Source: Promethearchaeota archaeon (GTDB lineage: Archaea; Asgardarchaeota; Lokiarchaeia; Sigyniarchaeales; SOKP01). Taken from it: a stretch of DNA of 18,594 nucleotides. The notes beneath the pieces are model-generated. The model did not search any database. It saw nothing but the letters and a program-made list of their open reading frames with translations, and had not been told where the DNA came from. The translations under genes were made by a program, and so were the position numbers. Positions 1 to 9,182 of the stretch are shown here, one piece after another. Location: contig JBHLOC010000041.1 of NCBI GenBank assembly GCA_048940925.1, forward strand, positions 23,965 through 42,558, in the 5' to 3' direction. The number at the start of each line of letters is the position of its first letter. Positions within the stretch are counted from its first letter, which is position 1.

Positions 1-990
1 GACAGATTCATACTCTGGACCATCAACTTCAATTTCCTTACCGTCTACTTCAATAATCGTAGCTTTTCCACATTGAATCGTGCATCCTGCACATCCGTAG
101 GTAAACATTGGATATTCTTCTTTTAATGTTTTGCTTGTTAATTTTTCAGCGAAAAATTCTGCTTCAGTAAAATAATATCCTGGGGCATCGCCATTAGCCA
201 TTCCAAGATCCAGATAAAAATTCGTACCATATAAGTTAAATAGCATGGTACCAACAGATGCCATAGGATTTTCCTCTCTTGCAGCTTCTTCTTGTTTTCG
301 TAATTCCTTACCGATTTTATTATCAGAAATTTTAATTCTTTTTGTTCCATGAATCGCAACAGCTTTTAGTTTTTTAGATCCCATAAGTGCTCCTAATCCA
401 CATCTCCCAATTGCTCTTCCCTCATCATTAATAATAGCTCCATATTTTACCAGATTTTCCCCTCCCTGACCAATACATGCCACTCTAAGATTTGGTTGAT
501 TTATCTCATTTTTTATTAATTTTTGAGACTCATAACAATCTTTTCCCCATATATTGGTGGCATCTTTAAATTCAATAGTTCCATTATTTATATACAAATA
601 AATCGGTTCGCTTGATTTACCATTAAAAACTAGTGCATCATAACCACTGTTCCGTAAAGATAAACAAAAATAACCCCCAGACGTTCCCTCACCCCATATT
701 CCGGTCAGCGGAGATATTCCTGCAACTGAGTATCTTCCTGAAGATGGTCTAATTGTTCCAGTTATAGGCCCCGTCGCAAAAATCAATGGATTGATTTCAG
801 CAAAAGGATTAGTTTTTAACAAGTTAAAATCCTTTTCTGAAAGTAAATCATAAATAATTTTTGCGCTTAATCCAGTTCCTCCAAGAAATTCTTTTGCTAC
901 TTTAGGATCTAAATCTTTAATATCAATACTCTTATCGCTTAAATTAATAAATGCAATTTTTCCATTATAACCATATAATTTATTTGTCAT
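1..990 (-). CDS. aor: Tungsten-containing aldehyde:ferredoxin oxidoreductase (AOR/WOR family), N-terminal 330 codons; runs off the window edge and is missing from the ORF track
   Basis: Manual translation from ATG 988-990: MTNKLYGYNGKIAFINLS...FLGGTGLSAKI...LIFATGPITGT...SPLTGIWGEGTSGG...CIGQGGENLV...GRCGLGALMGSKKLKAV...CAGCTIQCGK...DGPEYESV, all AFOR_N/AOR hallmarks. GGAGAGG RBS just upstream. Confidence 0.95.
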   Translation of the reverse strand, partial: MTNKLYGYNGKIAFINLSDKSIDIKDLDPKVAKEFLGGTGLSAKIIYDLLSEKDFNLLKTNPFAEINPLIFATGPITGTIRPSSGRYSVAGISPLTGIWGEGTSGGYFCLSLRNSGYDALVFNGKSSEPIYLYINNGTIEFKDATNIWGKDCYESQKLIKNEINQPNLRVACIGQGGENLVKYGAIINDEGRAIGRCGLGALMGSKKLKAVAIHGTKRIKISDNKIGKELRKQEEAAREENPMASVGTMLFNLYGTNFYLDLGMANGDAPGYYFTEAEFFAEKLTSKTLKEEYPMFTYGCAGCTIQCGKATIIEVDGKEIEVDGPEYESV

Positions 991-1008
991 TTTTTTAGAA
1001 TCCCTCTC

Positions 1009-2304
1009 CTAAAAATCAATATCTTTTCCATCCCAAGCATATTCAAAAATTTTCCTATATAGCTCTTTACTCATATAACGCGGTGCCAAAAGATCTACAG
1101 CATCAGTTTCAGCATAACGGATTAAAACATCCATTCTACTCATATACTCTTCTTTTGTTATAGTTGGCTTCTTTATCTCTTTTACACAAACAGCTCCATC
1201 TATAGAATGTATGAAATCTTTGATTGCTTGGAGTAATTCTGTTAGTAGAACTTTATTATCCTTATTTTTCGAATCAATTCCGAAAATCGGGCAAAGATCT
1301 TTCCATCTTTCCGATATTTTTGCTATGTATGCTATTGTGAAAGGAAGAAACAATCCTACACAATACCCATGATGTAGACGAAATACTTTTCCTAGACTGT
1401 GGCCTAAACCATGATCAAGTCCAACTCTAGAATTACTAAATCCAATTCCCGCCATGGACGTTGCAATTTGCATTTTTGCGCGAGCTTCTAAATCTTTTCC
1501 ACCATATTTATATGCTCGTGGTAAATATTTCAAAATTTCTTTTATGGCACCAAGATTAAGAGCATCTGTAAAAGGACTACCCCAAGAGGAAACATATGCT
1601 CCTGCTGCATGAGCAAAGGCGTCTAATCCTGTAGCCATGGTTAGAAATGGTGGCATCTCTTTTACAAAATCAGTATGTAAAATTGCAATATCTGGGATAA
1701 GTTCAGCATGTGCAAGTGCTAATTTCTTCGGAGGATCTCTCTCCACATCTGTAAGCATAGCAGCACTTGTAACTTCTGATCCTGTACCTGAAGTTGTAGG
1801 AATAGCTATTAAATATTTCACTTTTTTCCGTAATCCTAGAAAATCAAAAGGTAATATTCTGAAAAGGTTTGTCGAGGGTTTTTCATATTTAATCATTAGA
1901 GCCTTTGCAGAATCCATTACACTTCCTCCTCCAATCGCTATAAATACAATAGGTTTAAATTCGTTACACACCTCCACAGCAGCTTCAATAGTGTAGAGAG
2001 GTCCCTCGGGTTCTACTCCAGACCACACTTTCGATTCAGCATCTATGGGTTTTAATGCATCGAGAACTGGTTTAGCAAATTTCTCAGTGAAATCATCTGT
2101 AATTATTAATACTCTTCTTTCCTCTTTATCAAGCCTAGAACCTAAAAAACCACTGATCTGACTTAATGAATTAAAACCAAAAAAAACCTGTGAAGTTCTA
2201 AAACTCGCCATTATTCCAGCTGGTGCTCTTCCTAGTAAAGCACTTATCATATCTTTAACCATATCCGTTTCATAAAGAGCTACCTTATCTGGCACATTTT
2301 CCAT
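1009..2304 (-). CDS. Iron-containing (group III) alcohol dehydrogenase
   Basis: AIGGGSVMD and IPTTSGTGSEVT motifs; metal ligands in GLDAFAH, HGLGH and HHG. Stop codon lies 18 nt upstream of the aor start, so the two genes probably form an operon. Confidence 0.95.
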   Translation of the reverse strand: MENVPDKVALYETDMVKDMISALLGRAPAGIMASFRTSQVFFGFNSLSQISGFLGSRLDKEERRVLIITDDFTEKFAKPVLDALKPIDAESKVWSGVEPEGPLYTIEAAVEVCNEFKPIVFIAIGGGSVMDSAKALMIKYEKPSTNLFRILPFDFLGLRKKVKYLIAIPTTSGTGSEVTSAAMLTDVERDPPKKLALAHAELIPDIAILHTDFVKEMPPFLTMATGLDAFAHAAGAYVSSWGSPFTDALNLGAIKEILKYLPRAYKYGGKDLEARAKMQIATSMAGIGFSNSRVGLDHGLGHSLGKVFRLHHGYCVGLFLPFTIAYIAKISERWKDLCPIFGIDSKNKDNKVLLTELLQAIKDFIHSIDGAVCVKEIKKPTITKEEYMSRMDVLIRYAETDAVDLLAPRYMSKELYRKIFEYAWDGKDIDF

Positions 2305-2431
2305 TTTAAATTCGCCAAAAATATCTTTAATTTACTTTTCGATAAAATTTTATATTAAATTAACTTTTTTTAATAATTTTTTATTTCATCAAAAATTCTT
2401 TAAAAATATTAGGCTAAAATGTTTGGATAAA

Positions 2432-3103
2432 ATGGATATGAAAACTTTTATAACTCTTCAAAAAGAGAATGAAAGAGAAGTACCCAATAAATTTAAAAAG
2501 TATGATTTTAGAATGCCTGAAGCATTAATTCGCTACCTTTTTAATATGTATTCGAAAGATGGAGATAAAGTATTAGATATGTTCGCTGGATTAGGCACAA
2601 CCTTGATTGTGGCTGAAGAAATGAATCTTATTCCTTATGGGATTGAATTTAGATCAGATTTTTGTGATTATATCAGACAACTTTTAAAAAATAAAAAAAA
2701 TATCATTTATGGTGATGCTCGTAATTTAAAAGCATATAATCTTCCCACTTTTGATTTGTCTATTACATCTCCCCCTTACATGAATAAAAATGATAAAGCC
2801 TTCGCTCTTTCATCATATACAACTAAAGGAACATATATGGAGTATTTAAAAGGATTAAGAGAGATTTATACTCAACTCAAGATGATTTTAAAACCTGAGG
2901 GCTATATCATAATAGAAGTTGCTAATCTAAAAAGAAATGGAATCACTACTCTTGCATGGGATATTGGAATTGAAATTTCTAAAGTTTTTCATTTCATGGG
3001 AGAACTGATAGTTGGGTGGGAAAAAGATGAAGACTCAGGTGAAGAAGGAACCTATGGCTATGGCTATGACCATTCCTACTGTTTAATTTTTAAAAATACT
3101 TAG
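2432..3103 (+). CDS. Solitary SAM-dependent amino (N4-C/N6-A type) nucleic-acid methyltransferase
   Basis: VLDMFAGLGTT (motif I) followed by ITSPPY (motif IV). Start uncertain: TTG 2423, ATG 2432 or ATG 2438. Confidence 0.8.
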   Translation: MDMKTFITLQKENEREVPNKFKKYDFRMPEALIRYLFNMYSKDGDKVLDMFAGLGTTLIVAEEMNLIPYGIEFRSDFCDYIRQLLKNKKNIIYGDARNLKAYNLPTFDLSITSPPYMNKNDKAFALSSYTTKGTYMEYLKGLREIYTQLKMILKPEGYIIIEVANLKRNGITTLAWDIGIEISKVFHFMGELIVGWEKDEDSGEEGTYGYGYDHSYCLIFKNT

Positions 3104-3161
3104 ATTAAATGGAATCACTAAAAATTGGCACTCTAATAAATATACTATAGAAGATTTCCTT

Positions 3162-3935
3162 CTACATTTCTTTAGTTTTATCTACTTTTTCTTCCAATTC
3201 TCTTTTAATAAAAGCTATATTTTCTTTAAGAGTATCTGCTATTGGGTCATCACTTAGATTAAGATTATCCAATATCTCCATCGCTTCTTCAAAAAGTTTT
3301 AATGCTTCAGGATATTGAGAACGTTTGTAATATATCCCAGGTATGTTAAAAAATTTAAATGAAATGCATTGTAATGCTGTTATTAAAATCCAGATTACTA
3401 TAAGTATGGTTAATATCCATTCTACTAGTGGATTAAGTGTAATTAAAAGAATTATTAAAACAACCCCTATAGTAAAGCCATAATATGCAAGGTATTTTTT
3501 GAAAGTTGGTCCTTTATATAATTTTGACTTAGGGCCTTGGTACATTAGTATACTGTAAAGAACAATATATATACCTGATCCAGCAAAAGCTATCACAGCA
3601 ACAAAAGCATGAAATATAAGAAAAACATCTATATATGTCTCATCCGGAATTATACCAACCAAAGCAATACACACACATGTGAAAATTGAAATCCCTGTAG
3701 CTAGTCTTCTAATGTTATCTTCGATATTAACCAATTCTCTTTCGAGATATAGGTAAAAGGGGATTAATAATGACCCAACTACCACAAAACCTATGCTAAA
3801 CAATGATTTAAATTGGCCTTCCCCTAAAGAACTTACTGTATTTTTTAATGGATTAAATCCTGGGGTAAGACATGCAATAATAGGTAAAATAATAGTTACA
3901 AATAAAGTACCAAAAAAACCAAATAATACCTCCAT
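3162..3935 (-). CDS. DUF998-like multi-pass membrane protein with a C-terminal TPR-like helical tail
   Basis: About 6 hydrophobic segments; PGFNPLKNTVSSLG, ALVGIIP, HAFVAVIAF and LVEWI resemble DUF998. The tail GIYYKRSQYPEALKLFEEAMEI fits a TPR pattern. The true start may be slightly upstream (see findings). Confidence 0.65.
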   Translation of the reverse strand: MEVLFGFFGTLFVTIILPIIACLTPGFNPLKNTVSSLGEGQFKSLFSIGFVVVGSLLIPFYLYLERELVNIEDNIRRLATGISIFTCVCIALVGIIPDETYIDVFLIFHAFVAVIAFAGSGIYIVLYSILMYQGPKSKLYKGPTFKKYLAYYGFTIGVVLIILLITLNPLVEWILTILIVIWILITALQCISFKFFNIPGIYYKRSQYPEALKLFEEAMEILDNLNLSDDPIADTLKENIAFIKRELEEKVDKTKEM

Positions 3936-4255
3936 TCTGCTATCCTTTCTTTTTACGATTATATTTCAGCCTCCTTTAATATAGTATTTTTGAAATTCTA
4001 GCTTTTCATGTAATAAAATTATTATTTAACAAAAATATAAAGGTTTTACTAAGATTAAATAAATTATATATTTTTGGACAAAGTAAATATACAAAAAAAT
4101 AGCATTCTCTAGTAAATGTTTTAATAAATGTTTATTACTCATAAAACATAAAAAATTAAATAGAATAAATTCACAAAGTCTTAATTAAGTATAAAAAGCT
4201 AAATAAACTTCTTCAAGTTTTATTTAAAGTTCTAAAAATTACTATAACAATAATA

Positions 4256-4813
4256 TTGGCGAAAAAAATGGAGGAGGCATTAAAAGAAAAATTTACATTC
4301 AAGGTAACCGTCATTGGAGACGGTTTCGTCGGTAAAACCTCGCTAATTAACAAGTTCACCCAAGGGGGTTTTCAAGAAGATTATATCCAGACTATCGGTG
4401 CTCAATGGTCTAAATATGAAGAAAATCTCGAAGGAGATTTATGCAAATTGTTTTTCTGGGATATCGCAGGTCAAGATGCTTTCCATTTCTTGCGACCTGT
4501 TTTTTACAAATCAAGTTTAGCAGCCATTATTGTGTTTTCTATTGAAGATAATGATTTTGGTCAAGAAAGTTTTAAACATATATCGAATTGGCATGATGAA
4601 ATTAAAAAATTCTGTGGAGATATACCAGTAGTACTTTTTGGCAATAAAGTTGATTTAGTTGATGAGGAAAAGATAGATGAGGAGAAGATTCTAAAATTAG
4701 TTAACAAGAGGAACTTTATAGGGTTTTATCGAACGTCAGCAAAAACAGGACATAATGTTGAAAGCGCATTCAAAGCAATAATAAAAGAATTGCATGATAG
4801 ATATAAATCTTAA
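4256..4813 (+). CDS. Rab/Ras-superfamily small GTPase (Asgard-type eukaryotic signature protein)
   Basis: G1 GDGFVGKT, G2 YIQTIG, G3 WDIAGQ, G4 GNKVD, G5 TSAK; no C-terminal Cys prenylation motif. Confidence 0.95.
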   Translation: MAKKMEEALKEKFTFKVTVIGDGFVGKTSLINKFTQGGFQEDYIQTIGAQWSKYEENLEGDLCKLFFWDIAGQDAFHFLRPVFYKSSLAAIIVFSIEDNDFGQESFKHISNWHDEIKKFCGDIPVVLFGNKVDLVDEEKIDEEKILKLVNKRNFIGFYRTSAKTGHNVESAFKAIIKELHDRYKS

Positions 4814-4904
4814 AACTCAATTTCAATCTTAAAAATTTTTATTAGATAATACTCCGCTTATTTTTACCTAAATCCATTGAACTTTCATTCAATTTTGCTC
4901 AGTA

Positions 4905-5049
4905 ATGTCAAAAAGAAGTTACAAGATAAAAAAATTTTTACAAATAGCAAAAGAATTGATTAATGTGAATTTACAAGAGTGCAAAGAATGCGGTGAATTT
5001 TAGTAGAGATCTAAAAAAATGTAGTTTATGTGGTAAGAAAATTGAATAG
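4905..5049 (+). pseudogene. Small zinc-ribbon (CxxC...CxxC) gene split by a 1-nt frameshift
   Basis: ATG 4905 gives MSKRSYKIKKFLQIAKELINVNLQECKECGEF-stop (TAG 5001-5003). The +1 frame continues SRDLKKCSLCGKKIE-stop (5047-5049). Confidence 0.45.
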
Positions 5050-5217
5050 GACCATCTTAATTACTGAGCTTAAAAACCATCATTGAGTATTATCGAATAT
5101 TAAGAAAAACAGAAAAATAGTGTAAATTTTTTCAGAATAATATTTAATTCTATTTTATTAAAAAAAAAAGGTTAAGAATTACTTTCTTTCATTTTTCTTA
5201 AAATTTAGTTAAATAGA

Positions 5218-5661
5218 TCATTTAGTTAACATATCCTTGGCAGGGAATATTATACCAACGAGGAAAAGTATAGCTCCAATAGCGAACGTTATCATACTAA
5301 CTCCAATATATTCAATGTAAATTTTATAACCAATGAAAGTTCCCCATGCCGTGCCACCTGCTATTAGAAGTGCAAACCATGACCATTTTTCGCCCTTACG
5401 ATACGCAAATTCATTGATTAAAACTATCATAAGACCTATTACGAGTAACAAAATCCCGATTAATTTTTTTGTAATTATATAGATCTCTGCAAACTTAGGA
5501 TTAGTCGCTAAATATTCAGAATAAGTTTGACCTGTGTATGCGGCAAAATCACTCACAAACATTATATCGGTAACGAATGTCCAAAGAATTGCTATAACTA
5601 CCGTATACCATCCCAAAAAACGGATAACAATTGAACCAATCTTAATTTTTGATTTTTCCAA
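5218..5661 (-). CDS. Hypothetical 4-TM membrane protein
   Basis: 147-aa ORF with four hydrophobic helices; GGTGA RBS 6 nt before the TTG start. Confidence 0.8.
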   Translation of the reverse strand: MEKSKIKIGSIVIRFLGWYTVVIAILWTFVTDIMFVSDFAAYTGQTYSEYLATNPKFAEIYIITKKLIGILLLVIGLMIVLINEFAYRKGEKWSWFALLIAGGTAWGTFIGYKIYIEYIGVSMITFAIGAILFLVGIIFPAKDMLTK

Positions 5662-5992
5662 TATTTTTCACCAATATTTTTTTTATTGATTTAAATGTCA
5701 TAAAATAATATAAATATTTCTTAAAAAGATATACTTAACCAGAAATTGATCTATTGGACAGATAATTAAAAGGCATTTTGAATAATTTAATCAATTATCG
5801 TAATTATTCTCCGATCTTTCAATCTAGAATTCTTTTGATAATTGTTGGGATTTTGAATATTATTTTTCTAAGAAATTATTAGTGCCTTGAGAAGTCAAAG
5901 ATCGGGGATAACTATACCTTGAATTATAAATTAAAAAAGTGAATGATATAGTATAAAAATCCATTAAGCAGTTCATACTACTTGAAGATCAA

Positions 5993-6155
5993 TTATTGCA
6001 TCATTGTTCTTTTAGGTACTCTCTTTTTCCCTATTATTTCTAAATGATTACATAGACCAATAATAGAAGGATCATTATTATGGCTCTGAATATAATAATT
6101 CATATTCTTCAGCAACCTTGTCATGATAAATGGTAGATTTCGTTTTCTTTGCCAT
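5993..6155 (-). pseudogene. Internally deleted remnant of a class I SAM-dependent methyltransferase gene
   Basis: ATG 6153-6155 gives MAKKTKSTIYHDKVAEEYELLYSEP-stop, which resembles an MTase N-terminal helix. It abuts, in another frame, NDPSIIGLCNHLEIIGKKR, which resembles an MTase C-terminal strand. Confidence 0.45.
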
Positions 6156-6355
6156 ATTAACTCTACTTTATGATTTTGAAAAGATTTATAGTAATAATAG
6201 AATGACTTAATTTTAAAAATTATATAATGTTTCATTTCATTGGAAAGCAATTCTTTCCATTCTAAATATATATAGCTTGATAAATTTATTCTTTAGGATA
6301 ATTTTCAATTTAAAGAAATAATTAAGGATTCGAAGAATTTGTTGCAATTAGTATT

Positions 6356-6739
6356 TTACCTTTTATTTAATATTTTAAATAAGGCTTCGAATTCTTCCAA
6401 GTTAAAGGGCTTGCTTATAACACCATTGATATCATATTCGACCATTTTCTTCTTTGCTTTAGGTCTAGGAATTGCTGTCAAAAAGTAAATGAGAACCTCG
6501 TTGTATAGTGGATTAGATTTAACTGAATCGATTAATTTATACCCTTTTTGATTTGGTAATAAAATATCTAATAGTATAACTGACGGAACGATATTTTTTA
6601 GAATTTTTAGCCCTCTGTCTACATCTCTGGCAGATTCGCAGGTATATCCTTGAGATTCTAAATATTGTTTCAGAAAATAAATAGTATCATAGTCATCTTC
6701 AATAATTAAAAAATCTATTTTCTTGTAATTTGGATTCAT
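6356..6739 (-). CDS. CheY-like single-domain response regulator
   Basis: IIEDD acidic pocket, phospho-Asp in LLDILLP, FLTA and SKPF; starts 5 nt downstream of the kinase stop. Confidence 0.93.
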   Translation of the reverse strand: MNPNYKKIDFLIIEDDYDTIYFLKQYLESQGYTCESARDVDRGLKILKNIVPSVILLDILLPNQKGYKLIDSVKSNPLYNEVLIYFLTAIPRPKAKKKMVEYDINGVISKPFNLEEFEALFKILNKR

Positions 6740-6744
6740 AGTGT

Positions 6745-8859
6745 CTACCCCTCTTTATTTAAACGTATAATAAAACTGCTACCTTTATTTCTTCCTTCAG
6801 ATTCGACAAGTATTTTGCCTCCGTGTAATTCTACTATTTCTTTTGATATATAAAGTCCTAATCCAGCACCCTCAATGTCTACATCCAATTCTTGTCCGTA
6901 TCTTTCAATTTTACCAAATCTTTGAAATAATATCTGTCTTTCTTCTTTTGTGATTCCTACACCTGTATCCCTAACAATTATATCAACAAAATCATTAGTT
7001 TCATTTACATTTATGAATACATTCCCATGTGGAGGTGTATTCTTTATCGCATTTGATATAATATTTACCAATACTTGAGTAATTCTAATTTTATCTAAAT
7101 TTAAATAGATTTCATAAGATAGATCAGTAGCCAAGGTTAATTCTCTACTCTCTGCCAAATAATTTAATTCTTTTACACAATCCTTAATAATTGAATTTAA
7201 ATTTTCATTTGAACGTCGTATTTCATATTTATAGTTATCCAGCAACGATGCATCTAGTAAATTATCTACTAGTTCTTTAAGCCGTAGAGATCCACGATGT
7301 AAGATTTCTATATAGGGCCATATCTCTTCAATATAATCATCTATTTGTGATTTTAATAATATTTGGGTTGCACCATACATAGAAGTAAGAGGAGTCCTTA
7401 ACTCATGTGATATTCTCGTTATGAGTTCTTTTCTCAATTTATCAATTTTTTTTAATCTGTCCATTTCATTTTCGATGATTTTCCTTGCTTTTATACTCTC
7501 TGTAATATCCCTAATGAAAATTAAATTACCAGGTCTGGTTTGATAATGAATAGCTTTTAAAAAAAGTTCTAACCAGATAATTTCACCAGTCTTTTTAAAC
7601 AATCTAAATTGAAAACTTTCGATATCTTGAATTAAATCTTTAGTTTTATTATCAATAAGTTCTTTGATCCTATCTAAATCATCAGGGTGGAGAATCTTAA
7701 AAAAATCTGTAATCTTCCAGGCCAATAAATCATCAGAACTGTACCCTAGCATTTTAGCAAATTGAGGATTTACATATTTCAAATCAAAGTCTTGTTCTAT
7801 TACCGCACCAATAAATGATTGCTCAGTAATTGTTCTAAATTTTTCTTCAGATTCTTTTAATAATTGTTCTGCTTTTTTACGTTCTGTGATATCTCTAGAA
7901 ATTACAATTACTTTTGGATCTCCTTGAGTATCAACAAAAACTTTACTTATTAAGTCTAACCATATAAAGTGTCCGTCTTTATGTCTGAATCTTACTTCTT
8001 CTTTATACTCTCCTTCTTTTACTTCGATTTCTGATGTTGAAATTCCTCTTGAACTCACTATACGTTTTAAATCTTCAGGATGAACTATTTCCCACACACT
8101 ACTACCTATCAAATCTCCTTTAGAATAACCCAAAATATTTCCGTAGGCATATTCATTTATATATTCATGTTCATATTTATTGTTCAATAATGCAATTAAA
8201 TCATTTGCGTTTTCTGATATAAGTCGATATTTCTCTTCGGATTCTAGTGCTTTTTCTTGAGATTCAATCAGCTTTCCTTCTAAAAAGATAAAAATAGGAA
8301 AGACAAAATAACAAGTTCCAAATATAAACATTGCTACAAAACTAAATTCCCATACTCCAGGTAAATTAAAATAAGATAGTATAGTGGAAATTGCTGAAAG
8401 TAAAGCAGAAGCTTGGAAAATGACTAAAGAAGCATGTTTTGTGCTTCTTTTCACAAATAATAATTTTATAAACATACCCATACTAATTAAAAGCAATAGT
8501 GAAAATACAATCTGAATGCTCATTATAATACCTGTAATAGAGCTAAAAATTAGAATTATAGTGCTATTCTTAATACTGCTCCCAGTCCTTTTAGCGGTCT
8601 CATGAAGAGCTTTAAAGTATTCATAGTAGACTGCTGAAATGAATGCAATGATGCCTATCAAAAAGAATAAGTTACCTACTAATCGATAGATAGAATCAAA
8701 TACCTGTAGATAAATAAATAAATACCCAATAGGAAGGATAATATATGAAGGTAAATAAATAGTTAAATCTTTTCTCTTTAAATTTACTAAAGAAAAAACA
8801 ACTGTTCCCAATATTAATAATATCGTTATTTGAAAGTTTAAAATGGTCTCCTCAAGCAT
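6745..8859 (-). CDS. Membrane-anchored PAS-PAS sensor histidine kinase
   Basis: N-terminal multi-TM region; two PAS/PAC domains (VHPEDL...SRDITERK and LHPDDL...IRDITE); H-box SHELRTPLT; N-box NIISNAIK; G1 DTGVGI; G2 GAGLGL. Confidence 0.95.
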   Translation of the reverse strand: MLEETILNFQITILLILGTVVFSLVNLKRKDLTIYLPSYIILPIGYLFIYLQVFDSIYRLVGNLFFLIGIIAFISAVYYEYFKALHETAKRTGSSIKNSTIILIFSSITGIIMSIQIVFSLLLLISMGMFIKLLFVKRSTKHASLVIFQASALLSAISTILSYFNLPGVWEFSFVAMFIFGTCYFVFPIFIFLEGKLIESQEKALESEEKYRLISENANDLIALLNNKYEHEYINEYAYGNILGYSKGDLIGSSVWEIVHPEDLKRIVSSRGISTSEIEVKEGEYKEEVRFRHKDGHFIWLDLISKVFVDTQGDPKVIVISRDITERKKAEQLLKESEEKFRTITEQSFIGAVIEQDFDLKYVNPQFAKMLGYSSDDLLAWKITDFFKILHPDDLDRIKELIDNKTKDLIQDIESFQFRLFKKTGEIIWLELFLKAIHYQTRPGNLIFIRDITESIKARKIIENEMDRLKKIDKLRKELITRISHELRTPLTSMYGATQILLKSQIDDYIEEIWPYIEILHRGSLRLKELVDNLLDASLLDNYKYEIRRSNENLNSIIKDCVKELNYLAESRELTLATDLSYEIYLNLDKIRITQVLVNIISNAIKNTPPHGNVFINVNETNDFVDIIVRDTGVGITKEERQILFQRFGKIERYGQELDVDIEGAGLGLYISKEIVELHGGKILVESEGRNKGSSFIIRLNKEG

Positions 8860-9182
8860 ATTATCTCACTATATTTTAAAATATATAATTTATACCAATT
8901 CTAGAGTAATTTTATACTTTTAAACAATCTTTCTTAAAAAAGATCCAAATATCATATAGATATACTTAGTTTTAATCTTTCTTACTACACTTCCCAAAAA
9001 TACAATAGAAAATGAATATTTATTTATTAAAGTTAAATTTCAAGCTTTGCCCAGATTATGGTCTAAGCTTAATAGTAGATACGATAATTCGGATTCTTTT
9101 TCATTTGATGATGGACAACTATGTAAAAGAATTAATAAATAGTAAGCAATAAAATAAAAGAAAAGAATTAGAAATAAATTAA

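Noticed and set aside
138-359. 73-aa ORF on the minus strand
   Set aside because: Alternative frame inside the aor CDS at 1-990.
1637-1996. 119-aa ORF on the plus strand
   Set aside because: Antisense shadow of the ADH gene.
3793-3984. 63-aa ORF on the plus strand
   Set aside because: Antisense to the DUF998-like gene; no recognisable features.
4110-4140. TAAATGTTT direct repeat and TAATAAA/TTTATTA palindrome upstream of the GTPase
   Set aside because: Expected by chance in very AT-rich intergenic DNA.
5993-6250. 85-aa track ORF as a real gene
   Set aside because: The N-terminal part reads like AT-rich intergenic DNA; only the C-terminal end looks coding and is better explained as a pseudogene remnant.
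9012-9152. 46-codon plus-strand ORF and an AAGCTT-flanked hairpin downstream of the FeS gene; considered as a small gene or SECIS
   Set aside because: No RBS or recognisable motif, and no gene in the window needs UGA read-through, so a SECIS has no support.
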